From the NCBI RefSeq assembly GCF_947498015.1, contig NZ_CANMIR010000005.1, positions 97,551-161,550 on the forward strand: DNA of 64,000 nt, given 5' to 3'. Positions 21,507-29,858 of the stretch are shown piece by piece; positions within the stretch are counted from its first letter, which is position 1, and every line of letters starts with the position of its first letter. The notes under the pieces were generated by a model that was not told the origin of the DNA, did no database searches, and saw only the letters and a list, made by a program, of their open reading frames with translations. A program made the position numbers and the translations under genes. This DNA is from an uncultured Neptuniibacter sp. Its GTDB lineage: Bacteria; Pseudomonadota; Gammaproteobacteria; Pseudomonadales; Balneatricaceae.

Positions 21507-23273
21507 TTACAGAGCGTTTTGAATCGCCCGTTCTATCCCTTCCTCATCAAGGCCGCATTGAGTGAGCTGTTGCTGACGAGATGCATGAGAGATCCATTGA
21601 TCGGGGATTCCCAGTGATAGTAGTGGCGTTCTTATATTGTTCTGATGTAGGTGCTCACTTACTGCGGAGCCTGCGCCGCCGATGATGCTGTGCTCCTCGA
21701 TAGTAACAATCAGGTCGTGTGTAGACGCAAGTTCCTGAATAACATGGTGGTCGAGTGGTTTGACAAAACGCATATCTACAAGAGAGTAGTTGTGCTTCTG
21801 TGCAACTTTCCGCGCACTGTCTAAGAGTGGTCCGAAATTAAGCAGAGCAACCCGATTACCCTGACTAAGGCGTCTGCTCTTTCCTATTTCGAGAGCGACC
21901 ATTGTTCCGGTTGCGGCTTGCTCTACACTGGCGCGAGGGTAACGGACAGCTGCTAACCCATCATACTGATAACCTGTATAGAGCATATTTCTGAGCTCAT
22001 CTGCATCTGACGGCGTCATGATCAACGCTTCAGGAAGGCAGCGGAGCATTGAGATATCAAAGCAGCCTGCATGAGTGGCCCCATCTTCCCCAACCAGTCC
22101 AGCGCGATCGATAGCAAGCAGTATATCCAGCTTCTGGATCGAGATGTCATGCACGAGCTGATCATAAGCACGTTGTAGGAATGTTGAGTAGATGGCGACA
22201 ACTGGCTTGATCTGTTGGCATGCCATGCCTGCAGCTAACGTCAGTGCATGCTGCTCTGCGATAGCAACATCGAAGTATCGTTGCGGATATTGTTGAGAGA
22301 AAGTGGTCAGGTCAGACCCCTCTCTCATCGCAGGGGTGATCGCTGTAAGCGCTGGGTCCTGCTGTGCCATCTCACAGATCCAGTGGCCGAAAATATTAGA
22401 AAATCGTTTTTTGGCGGCTTTTGGTTGGTGGATAGGCTCAATTTTGGTGATGGCATGATAACCCACGGGATCATCTTCAGCCGGTTTGAAGCCTTTTCCC
22501 TTTTTCGTGATCAGGTGCAGAAATTGGGGGCCGGGTTTATTTAGTGTTTCTTTGAGAATCGGAACAAGCGTCTCAAGATTGTGCCCATCTACAGGGCCTG
22601 TGTACTCAAAATCCAGTGCTTCAAACAGGGCTGCAGTGGTATCTCCATCAGTCCTGTTTTTGATGTTTTTAGCCAGATAGGTCGCGAGGCCCCCTTCGTT
22701 ATGCGAGATCGACATATCATTGTCATTTAGGATAACCAGCAGGTTAGTGTGGGTGTGGCCGGCATGGTTAAGGGCTTCAAAAGCCATTCCGGCGGTCATT
22801 GCACCATCGCCGATTACCGCAACTGTACGTCGTTGGTTACCACGTAGTTTATCTGCAATTGCCATCCCAAGTGCTGCACTGATAGAGGTGCTGGAGTGCC
22901 CAACGCCAAAATCATCGTACTGACTCTCTTCTCGCTTGGGGAATGGGGAGGGGCCATCGGACTGGCGAATCTTTGGCATCTCTTCGCGGCGCTCAGTCAG
23001 AATTTTGTGAGGGTAGCATTGATGTCCCACATCCCAAATAAGGTGGTCATCTGGCGTGTTCAGTAGGTAGTGCAGGGCTATGGTTAGCTCGATGACTCCG
23101 AGGCCGGCGCCGAAATGCCCACCGCTTTGGCCGACGCTGTAAAGCAGGTAGGCCCGGAGTTGCTCGGCTAGTTCCGTTAATTGTGCAGGATTGAGTAGAC
23201 GCAGCTGATGGGGATCGTTGACCTGATCCAGCAGAGGTGTCTGTGGACGTTCGTTCGGTATGTTATGGAACAT
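21507..23273 (-). CDS. dxs: 1-deoxy-D-xylulose-5-phosphate synthase (short-loop variant)
   Basis: GGHFGAGLG, WDVGHQ, GHSSTSIS, GDGAMTAG, FDVAIAEQHA and IYSTFLQRAYDQ motifs; sits in an xseB-ispA-dxs operon. Confidence 0.95.
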   Translation of the reverse strand: MFHNIPNERPQTPLLDQVNDPHQLRLLNPAQLTELAEQLRAYLLYSVGQSGGHFGAGLGVIELTIALHYLLNTPDDHLIWDVGHQCYPHKILTERREEMPKIRQSDGPSPFPKREESQYDDFGVGHSSTSISAALGMAIADKLRGNQRRTVAVIGDGAMTAGMAFEALNHAGHTHTNLLVILNDNDMSISHNEGGLATYLAKNIKNRTDGDTTAALFEALDFEYTGPVDGHNLETLVPILKETLNKPGPQFLHLITKKGKGFKPAEDDPVGYHAITKIEPIHQPKAAKKRFSNIFGHWICEMAQQDPALTAITPAMREGSDLTTFSQQYPQRYFDVAIAEQHALTLAAGMACQQIKPVVAIYSTFLQRAYDQLVHDISIQKLDILLAIDRAGLVGEDGATHAGCFDISMLRCLPEALIMTPSDADELRNMLYTGYQYDGLAAVRYPRASVEQAATGTMVALEIGKSRRLSQGNRVALLNFGPLLDSARKVAQKHNYSLVDMRFVKPLDHHVIQELASTHDLIVTIEEHSIIGGAGSAVSEHLHQNNIRTPLLSLGIPDQWISHASRQQQLTQCGLDEEGIERAIQNAL

Positions 23274-23285
23274 TAACTCTACTAC

Positions 23286-24167
23286 TTAGTGGTCTCGGTT
23301 AACGATAAAGTCAGCCAGGGCTCTCAGCGTGTCAGCCTCGGTGCCAAATTCATTCAGTGCTTCAATCGCTTCGTTATGCAGCTGTGCAAGTTTTAGCTTA
23401 GCACCTTCAAGTCCAAGCAGTGCTGGATAGGTGGGTTTATCCTGTTCTAAGTCTGAACCTTGAGGCTTTCCGATGGTGTCAGAATCACCTTCGATATCGA
23501 GGATGTCATCCTGTACCTGAAAGGCCAGCCCTATGGCTGCCGAGTACCTGTTCAGCTGTTCGATCTGCTCAGGTGTTGCGCTGTTGCTACAGTATGCTCC
23601 CATCAGTACTGCGCAATTGAGAAGAGCGCCTGTTTTGTGGTGATGCATAGCTTCAAGTTCTGCGAGGGAGAGGGCTTTGCCAACGTGTCGTAGATCGTAA
23701 GATTGACCGACAACCATCCCTTTATGCCCCGCAGCCATGCCTAATTGCTGTATCAGCTTTATGCGAGTCTCTGTAGGCAGCAGGTGATCATCTGCGAGTA
23801 GTTCAAAGGCAAGACACTGCAGTGCATCTCCGGCGAGGATGGCGGTCGCTTCGTCGTAGGCGATGTGACAGGTGGGTTTTCCACGCCGCAGGTCGTCATC
23901 GTCCATCGCAGGCAGGTCATCATGTACGAGAGAGTAGCTGTGGATACACTCTATGGCAGCGGCTGCACTATCAGCGGCTTCCACATGTCCACCCAGCATT
24001 GAATTGATTATGTAAACCAAAGCGGGGCGAATACGTTTGCCACCATTAAAGAGTGAATAGTGCATCGCTTCTTGCAGTGTTGGATCGATGCTCTCTTTGC
24101 TGATGCAATCCTGAAGGTGCTTATCTACCCTTTCCTGGTAGTGCTTGAGCAGATGGCGAATCTCCAA
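23286..24167 (-). CDS. ispA: Farnesyl diphosphate synthase
   Basis: GGKRIRP, DDLPAMDDDDLRRG and FQVQDDILD motifs; TTG start. Confidence 0.96.
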   Translation of the reverse strand: MEIRHLLKHYQERVDKHLQDCISKESIDPTLQEAMHYSLFNGGKRIRPALVYIINSMLGGHVEAADSAAAAIECIHSYSLVHDDLPAMDDDDLRRGKPTCHIAYDEATAILAGDALQCLAFELLADDHLLPTETRIKLIQQLGMAAGHKGMVVGQSYDLRHVGKALSLAELEAMHHHKTGALLNCAVLMGAYCSNSATPEQIEQLNRYSAAIGLAFQVQDDILDIEGDSDTIGKPQGSDLEQDKPTYPALLGLEGAKLKLAQLHNEAIEALNEFGTEADTLRALADFIVNRDH

Positions 24168-24169
24168 GT

Positions 24170-24412
24170 TCAGCTTTCCTCTGTGGGCGTGAAAGGTTCG
24201 GTCGACAGCTCCCCGCCTGACTCGATAAGGACCTGAACCTTCTGTTCAGCCTGAGTCAGGATAGTTTGGCACTCCCGAGTAAGCCCTACGCCTGTTTCAA
24301 AAGCCTGTAAGGATTCTTCAAGGGAAAGATCACCCTGTTCCATCTGGTTAACAAGAGACTCAAGTTCTTGCAGAGATTTTTCAAAATCCGGTGTTTTTTT
24401 CTTACGAGGCAT
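24170..24412 (-). CDS. xseB: Exodeoxyribonuclease VII small subunit
   Basis: [12 protein letters not shown]...[14 protein letters not shown]; position upstream of ispA. Confidence 0.95.
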   Translation of the reverse strand: MPRKKKTPDFEKSLQELESLVNQMEQGDLSLEESLQAFETGVGLTRECQTILTQAEQKVQVLIESGGELSTEPFTPTEES

Positions 24413-24589
24413 GGGAAGGAATCATCTATTAAAGCGCTAAAGTTACCGAAGCCGGAGATCAGAATCAAATATCCGTTAAATTTAATAAGTTAAACGTTTG
24501 TAGGGTGGGTGAAAATGCACACTTTTTTGCTATTATAGTCGGTTCGTAAATGGGCTTGAAAGTTAGCTGGCTTTATCAAGGAGTGCTGG

Positions 24590-25348
24590 GTGGATATAGC
24601 AACGCTCGTCGGTTTGTTAGGCAGTTTCGGTATCGTGGTTGCCGCAATGGTTATGGGTGGTGATGTCGGAGTGTTTGTTAACCCTCCTTCACTGCTGATT
24701 GTTGTGGGCGGCTCTATATTTGTTGTCTTGATGAAGTACACCCTGCCCCAATTTCTTGGGGCAGGTAAAATTGCGGCAAAAGCATTTATGTTCAAGTCGC
24801 TGAATCCGGAAGAGATTATTGCTGAAACAGTCGATCTGGCTGATGCAGCACGTAAAGGTGGCCTTCTATCCCTTGAGGATAAGACCGTCAGCAGTGACTT
24901 TATGCAGCGCGGTATCCAGCTACTGGTTGATGGTCATGATCCTGACGTAGTTAAAACTCTCCTGAACAAAGAAGCTAAGCTCACAGCGGATCGTCATGGA
25001 TTTGGTGCAACCATCTTCTCCCAGATGGGTGATGTTGGCCCAGCAATGGGGATGATCGGTACACTAGTCGGCCTGGTGCAGATGCTATCCAACATGAGTG
25101 ACCCTAAATCGATCGGTCCTGCGATGGCGGTTGCACTACTGACAACATTATATGGGGCCATGATGGCCAATATGATCTGTTTGCCTATCGCTGATAAGTT
25201 GTCTGTTCGAAAAGATGAAGAGGCACTCAACTCTGCTTTGATTATTGACGGCTTGCTTGCTATTCAGGCGGGTCAGAATCCACGAGTGATTGAGCAGATG
25301 TTGCGTAACTATCTCCCTGAGAAGAAACGTGCAGCGGCTGAAGGCTAA
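24590..25348 (+). CDS. pomA: Flagellar stator subunit PomA (probably Na+-driven)
   Basis: MDIATLVG, PAMGMIGTLVGLV and GPAMAVALLTTLYG motifs; 252 aa, Vibrio-type location divergent from xseB. Confidence 0.9.
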   Translation: MDIATLVGLLGSFGIVVAAMVMGGDVGVFVNPPSLLIVVGGSIFVVLMKYTLPQFLGAGKIAAKAFMFKSLNPEEIIAETVDLADAARKGGLLSLEDKTVSSDFMQRGIQLLVDGHDPDVVKTLLNKEAKLTADRHGFGATIFSQMGDVGPAMGMIGTLVGLVQMLSNMSDPKSIGPAMAVALLTTLYGAMMANMICLPIADKLSVRKDEEALNSALIIDGLLAIQAGQNPRVIEQMLRNYLPEKKRAAAEG

Positions 25349-25368
25349 TTCGGAGAGGATGTTAAGAG

Positions 25369-26310
25369 ATGAGTGACGACTCCGAAGAACATGAATGCCC
25401 CCCCTGCCCCGCAGGCTTACCTGCATGGCTAGCAACATTCGGCGACCTGATGTCGCTGTTGATGTGTTTCTTCGTACTACTACTCTCCTTCTCGGAGATG
25501 GACGTATTGAAGTTTAAACAGCTTGCGGGCTCAATGCGTGAAGCTTTCGGTGTGCAGAATCAAATTAAGGTTGAGGATATCCCTAAAGGTACCTCAATTA
25601 TTGCTCAGGAGTTCAGTCCCGGACGCCCTGAACCTACGCCGTTGAATGAGATCCGTCAGATGACGGTGAATAACGATATGAATACATTGGATATTCGATC
25701 GAAGGAGGGGGAGAGTGATTCCCCTGATAAAGAGGCGGGTGAAGAACAGGAGCTGCAAAAGCAGCAGGAGCAGGAGGCTCAGGAGGAAGCGGTTGAATTT
25801 GCTGCAGCGCTGGCTGAAGAGATCGGTGATGGCAGTGTTGAAGTGGAAACAGATGGTAAAAAGATCATTATCCGTATTAAGGAAAAGGGGTCTTTCGATT
25901 CAGGTTCTGCTGAGCTGAAGTTTGAGTCTATTCCGGTGTTGGCCAAAATTAGGGATGTACTACTCAACGTTAAAGGTAATGTAGCAATCGAAGGGCATAG
26001 CGATAATATCCCTTATGCGGGCCGTCGCTTTGAGTCCAACTGGGACCTTTCAGTGGCACGTGCTTTAGCTGTAGCACATGAGCTATTCGGGGACCCCCGA
26101 ATTGACCAGTCCCGCTTTAAAGTGATGGGGTTAGCTGATACGAAACCGTTAGTTCCCAATGATACTCGTGCGAACAGGGTTAAAAACCGACGTGTTGAGA
26201 TCATTGTGACAAAAGGTAAAGACAAAGAGTCTCTGGAGAAAATACAGGCTCGAAAAGAGGGGGATTCGGATGGTGAACTGATTAATCTTTCACCTGACGA
26301 TATCTTCTAA
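25369..26310 (+). CDS. pomB: Flagellar stator subunit PomB
   Basis: WLATFGDLMSLLMCFFVLLLSF transmembrane helix and OmpA-like domain (GHSD, NWDLS, NRRVEI). Confidence 0.9.
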   Translation: MSDDSEEHECPPCPAGLPAWLATFGDLMSLLMCFFVLLLSFSEMDVLKFKQLAGSMREAFGVQNQIKVEDIPKGTSIIAQEFSPGRPEPTPLNEIRQMTVNNDMNTLDIRSKEGESDSPDKEAGEEQELQKQQEQEAQEEAVEFAAALAEEIGDGSVEVETDGKKIIIRIKEKGSFDSGSAELKFESIPVLAKIRDVLLNVKGNVAIEGHSDNIPYAGRRFESNWDLSVARALAVAHELFGDPRIDQSRFKVMGLADTKPLVPNDTRANRVKNRRVEIIVTKGKDKESLEKIQARKEGDSDGELINLSPDDIF

Positions 26311-26328
26311 GCTAGCTGTTAGCCAGAT

Positions 26329-26357
26329 AAAAAAACCGCCTGTTGGCGGTTTTTTTT
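26329..26357. terminator. Bidirectional terminator between pomB and the cytochrome c5 gene
   Basis: A-run-ccgcc-tgtt-ggcgg-T-run. Confidence 0.9.
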
Positions 26358-26375
26358 ATAGTGCTCAAGGGGTGT

Positions 26376-26669
26376 TTACTTGGAGTTATCCAGCATGAAC
26401 TGAATAGCGCCTTTGAAATCATCATCAGAGCAATCGTTGCACAGGCCTTTAGGAGGCATGGCGCCTTTACCGTTTTTGACAGACGCCAGTAAAGCATCCA
26501 TGCCCAGAGATGCGCGTGGAGCCCAGGCAGCAGCATCACCCAGCTTTGGCGCGCCGGCTGCGCCTGTTGCGTGACATGCTACGCATTTAGTGTTGTAAGT
26601 GTCGTTAGCCATTGCCGCTGCCGGTACCATCAGAGTTGCAGCAACTGCTGCCATCAGTACTTTTTTCAT
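26376..26669 (-). CDS. Periplasmic cytochrome c5
   Basis: Signal peptide, CVACH heme motif, GAAGAPKLGD, AMPPKG and C-terminal CxxC. Confidence 0.92.
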   Translation of the reverse strand: MKKVLMAAVAATLMVPAAAMANDTYNTKCVACHATGAAGAPKLGDAAAWAPRASLGMDALLASVKNGKGAMPPKGLCNDCSDDDFKGAIQFMLDNSK

Positions 26670-26865
26670 TATAGTTTCCTGTAAGTGCTCATAAATTTGT
26701 TTTTGGGACTAACGGGCTTTCCCCACAAATACCAAGCCAGCTACTCCTAGTAGCTACTATTAGTACCCCAAACAGGGTGAATTGTATCTGAACAAAATCA
26801 ATTGAAGGAAGGAATAATGCTAAAGAATATAGGTTTTTATCCGGAAGGCGGATAGGGCAGCTAGA

Positions 26866-27069
26866 TTAACCGCCCAGTCGCATCGCAAAGCTGGCTTGAT
26901 TGTGTTGAATCTGAAGCGTGTGGTCATGAACCCTTTGTTCAGCGTGGAATTCGTTAATGGCCTGATCGATAACCTGTTTCGGAGCGATCGCCAGGTTGCG
27001 CACGTCATGTTCGGAGTAGCCGCGTTTCAGCAATTGCTTCAGCTGAGTTTTTAATGTGTTATTCATCAT
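26866..27069 (-). CDS. Small hypothetical protein (about 67 aa), probably co-transcribed with ppk2
   Basis: ATG 27069 preceded by GAGG; helical, charged sequence; same strand as and just downstream of ppk2. Confidence 0.55.
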   Translation of the reverse strand: MMNNTLKTQLKQLLKRGYSEHDVRNLAIAPKQVIDQAINEFHAEQRVHDHTLQIQHNQASFAMRLGG

Positions 27070-27134
27070 ATTGTTAACCTCTATTAGATGAGGCTTATCA
27101 TGCACCGAAAATGTTTCAGTTTTATGGCATGGTG

Positions 27135-27965
27135 TTATTCATCTGAAATTTGTATTCCAAGAGCTGTAAAGGCTTCCCGGGTAACGTTGGGATCTACCGG
27201 GGGAGGGGTTGTATCGATATTTTTTGAGAGGGCTTTAACGATTGTTTTCAGAACCTCTATACGGGCATACCATTTGTGATCACCTGGGATAATTGTCCAA
27301 GGGGCTGCTTCGCTTGAGGTGAAGCGGAACATATCATTGATTGCTGACTCGTAGTCGTCCCAGCGTTGACGGTTTCGGATATCTTCAGAGGTCAGTTTCC
27401 AGCGTTTCACCGGATTATTAAGGCGCTCTTTAAATCGTTTGAGCTGCTCTTCCTGTGATATATGCATGAAAATTTTAATGATCCGCACATCATCATCAAA
27501 CAGCATCCGTTCATATTCATTAATCTCTTGGTAAGCGCGCTGCCACTCAGATTCGCTGGCAAAGTTCTCTACCCTTTCCACCAATACTCGGCCATACCAG
27601 GAACGATCAAATATAGCCAAAGTACCCGCTTCGGGGAGGCGTGTTTGAAAACGGTACAGATAATGTTTGCTTTGATCTATAGGTGTTGGGGCTCCGGTAG
27701 GGTGTACATTGAAGCCACGGGGGTCCAGTTTCTCTGTTAGGCGCCGAATTGCACCCCCTTTACCACTGGCATCCCACCCCTCAAAAACCAAAATGGCCCG
27801 TTTTCTTTGATGGTAGTACGCTTGCTGCACATGCAGCATTCTTTTCTGCCATTTTTTGAGTTGCTTAAAATATTGGGCTTTGTCAGCTAAAACATGCGCG
27901 GAAAAATCAATGCCGCTTAGGGTTGGCGGTGGGGATTGAAGAATGACAGGGCTTGGCTGATGCAT
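27135..27965 (-). CDS. ppk2: Polyphosphate kinase 2 family protein (single domain, class II-like)
   Basis: FEGWDASGKGG Walker A, FDRSWYGRVLVERV and KRWKLTSED motifs. Confidence 0.92.
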   Translation of the reverse strand: MHQPSPVILQSPPPTLSGIDFSAHVLADKAQYFKQLKKWQKRMLHVQQAYYHQRKRAILVFEGWDASGKGGAIRRLTEKLDPRGFNVHPTGAPTPIDQSKHYLYRFQTRLPEAGTLAIFDRSWYGRVLVERVENFASESEWQRAYQEINEYERMLFDDDVRIIKIFMHISQEEQLKRFKERLNNPVKRWKLTSEDIRNRQRWDDYESAINDMFRFTSSEAAPWTIIPGDHKWYARIEVLKTIVKALSKNIDTTPPPVDPNVTREAFTALGIQISDE

Positions 27966-28021
27966 GATAGGACTCTCTGGCGATTCATATCAGGATAGGA
28001 CAAGCCCCTGAGGCAATCAAA

Positions 28022-28606
28022 TCATTGATGAGGTTGCCATGCGATATCTGGATTGACTTTATAACTCCATGGTAGCCCGGAATTGCGCCATCCATTGACG
28101 GCTCTCACGCCTGCAGAGTCGCCTTGTTGAAGCTTGCTGCCTTCAAAACCATCTACGACGGTCCAGACCTTCTGATAGCCCAATTTTGCTAAGAGATTCA
28201 CGGCAGGGGCGCTACGGGTGGAGCCTGAGCGACACATAATAATGATATTTGATGTTTTTTTATCTGCGTTGAGCTGTGTGAGCTTGTCTAACAGCTCAGA
28301 TTCAAAGGTTGGGTTTTTCCTCATAGCCCAACTGCTTTTCTTGCTATTCCACTGATCGGGTGCTGCGAGCATCCAGGGGATGTGGATATCTGTAGGGGTC
28401 GCAAAGCCGGTAAACTTCACTTCCACGGGATCTCTTACATCAATCAGCAGTGTGTTTGGGTTGGCTTGTATCATATCCCAGGCTTCGATCGCGGTGACGT
28501 ATAGGTTTAGAGTTGTCTGCGCGCTGGCCTTCTGAGGTTTCTCTGCAGCTGCTAAATTTGTCGAGAGTGGGATCAGTAGGGCGCTTAGTAAGAGGAGGTG
28601 TTTCAT
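28022..28606 (-). CDS. Exported rhodanese-domain sulfurtransferase
   Basis: Sec-type signal peptide (MKHLLLLSALLIPL...AAA), LIDVRDP, active-site loop CRSGSTRS and DGFEG...NGWRNSGLPW. Confidence 0.85.
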   Translation of the reverse strand: MKHLLLLSALLIPLSTNLAAAEKPQKASAQTTLNLYVTAIEAWDMIQANPNTLLIDVRDPVEVKFTGFATPTDIHIPWMLAAPDQWNSKKSSWAMRKNPTFESELLDKLTQLNADKKTSNIIIMCRSGSTRSAPAVNLLAKLGYQKVWTVVDGFEGSKLQQGDSAGVRAVNGWRNSGLPWSYKVNPDIAWQPHQ

Positions 28607-28618
28607 GTAGTGGCCTCA

Positions 28619-28665
28619 AGTTCTCAAAATTAATATTAGAAACACTAATATTAATTTTGAGAACT
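28619..28665. repeat. Perfect 21-bp inverted repeat with a 5-nt spacer (47-bp palindrome)
   Basis: agttctcaaaattaatattag-aaaca-ctaatattaattttgagaact, checked base by base. Confidence 0.95.
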
Positions 28666-28666
28666 A

Positions 28667-28951
28667 TCAATAGTTCGGATTATCAGGGGTGTTTTCTAAT
28701 GCTTTGTGCACGAGTTGGCGGTAAAGGGTGATGGTGTGAGCAAGGAAACTATAGTGTTCTTTGTGATCTATAGTGAGAGATTGAAGGTCTTGAATGGCTT
28801 TATGAAGCTGGGTTAGAAACTCAAGATCATATTCATCAGGCTCTTCACCATCCAACAGCCTTTGCTGCAACTCATAGGCTCTGGGTAAAAGGCGCCTCTG
28901 TATATTAAGAATGCTGATCTTAATGGCGCCATTTGTATGAGAATCTGACAT
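28667..28951 (-). CDS. Hypothetical helical protein (about 94 aa)
   Basis: ORF fills the gap, ATG 28951 follows AAGGG. The pattern QRRLLPRAYEL...DLEFL...LYRQLVHKALEN resembles an uncharacterised gammaproteobacterial family (from memory, not searched). Confidence 0.7.
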   Translation of the reverse strand: MSDSHTNGAIKISILNIQRRLLPRAYELQQRLLDGEEPDEYDLEFLTQLHKAIQDLQSLTIDHKEHYSFLAHTITLYRQLVHKALENTPDNPNY

Positions 28952-29132
28952 GACGCTACCCTTTTTCACTATTCCTCTAAGCATAGTATCAATGCCGGAT
29001 CAGAGTTAATCATGACTCAAAGGTCAGGTGGCGGCGTAGATAGATATAGGAAAATTAAGAAAAAATCCTAGATAAACTCTCTGAGAGTTTGGGTAAGCTC
29101 ACCCCATCCAGCGATTAAGGAGGATTGCTGAA

Positions 29133-29330
29133 ATGGAAGATTTCATGCCTTGTGAACTTTGCAGTAAAAAACAGGTAGCCAGTTTCCCGCATCACTATAT
29201 GACGCTTATTAGTCGTATCCCCGAAAGCAGTATTTATCGTTGCCAGCAATGCCGGACGTTTTGGATGTGTTCCAATGAATTTGGCTGGGAAAACTTGGAT
29301 TTTGACTCGGTCTGGGATATCGCATCTTAG
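29133..29330 (+). CDS. Small Cys-rich protein (65 aa), putative zinc ribbon
   Basis: Strong SD TAAGGAGGA at 29116-29124, two CxxC pairs (CELC, CQQC) and a terminator directly downstream. Confidence 0.7.
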   Translation: MEDFMPCELCSKKQVASFPHHYMTLISRIPESSIYRCQQCRTFWMCSNEFGWENLDFDSVWDIAS

Positions 29331-29351
29331 CCTAAACAACCACATTGAGAT

Positions 29352-29376
29352 AGGGTCGCTTTTGAGCGGCCTTTTT
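29352..29376 (+). terminator. Intrinsic terminator after the small Cys-rich gene
   Basis: agggtcgct-tttg-agcggcc followed by ttttt. Confidence 0.75.
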
Positions 29377-29411
29377 GTTGCGTGTGATTTAAACGAGGCA
29401 TGCCTATAAAC

Positions 29412-29445
29412 GACAAAACCCTTTGATTTCTCAAAGGGTTTTGTC
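29412..29445 (-). terminator. ssrA terminator
   Basis: Perfect 15-bp stem gacaaaaccctttga / tcaaagggttttgtc with a GAAA loop on the minus strand, starting 6 nt after the tmRNA CCA end. Confidence 0.88.
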
Positions 29446-29451
29446 TGAAAG

Positions 29452-29811
29452 TGGTGGAGGTGGCGGGGTTCGAACCCGCGTCCGCCAATCCGCTGCCTAA
29501 AGCTCTACATGTTTAGGCTTCTCTATTGAGTTAACCCGTCACGACCCGAGAGCCAGGGTGTTATGGGCGAGCCTCTTTAGGTTTTAACCGTTCAGCCTGA
29601 GACAAGGCTTCCGGGCGATTCTGTCTCGAATGATACCGCAAAATCCTCTAGTTACAGACACCTGAAGGAGCGGCACAAGCTGACTTATGCAGCTAGAGCG
29701 TAGTTATCGTCGTTAGCAACTATAACTGTGTAGTGAGGGATTTACGAGATCCACTACATTCTCGACATGCACCCAAGGTTTTGTAATCAGCGTCGAAGCC
29801 AAGTCACCCCC
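29452..29811 (-). ncRNA. ssrA: Transfer-messenger RNA (tmRNA), tag peptide ANDDNYALAA
   Basis: Minus strand begins GGGGGTGACTTGGCTTCGAC and ends GGTTCGAACCCCGCCACCTCCACCA. Tag frame 29717-29685 reads GCT AAC GAC GAT AAC TAC GCT CTA GCT GCA TAA. Adjacent to smpB. Confidence 0.98.
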
Positions 29812-29858
29812 AGATAGTGGCCATTATAGCCTGTATGACTCAAATAGAAGAGTTAAGT

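Noticed and set aside
24413-24589. Sigma28 or sigma54 promoter for pomAB
   Set aside because: TAAAGTT...GCCG and GCAC...TTGC words are present, but the spacing or the -24 GG does not fit the consensus.
29331-29452. Prophage or integrative element at the tmRNA 3' end
   Set aside because: The ssrA terminator follows directly; no integrase and no duplicated TGGTGGAG att core were seen in the flank.
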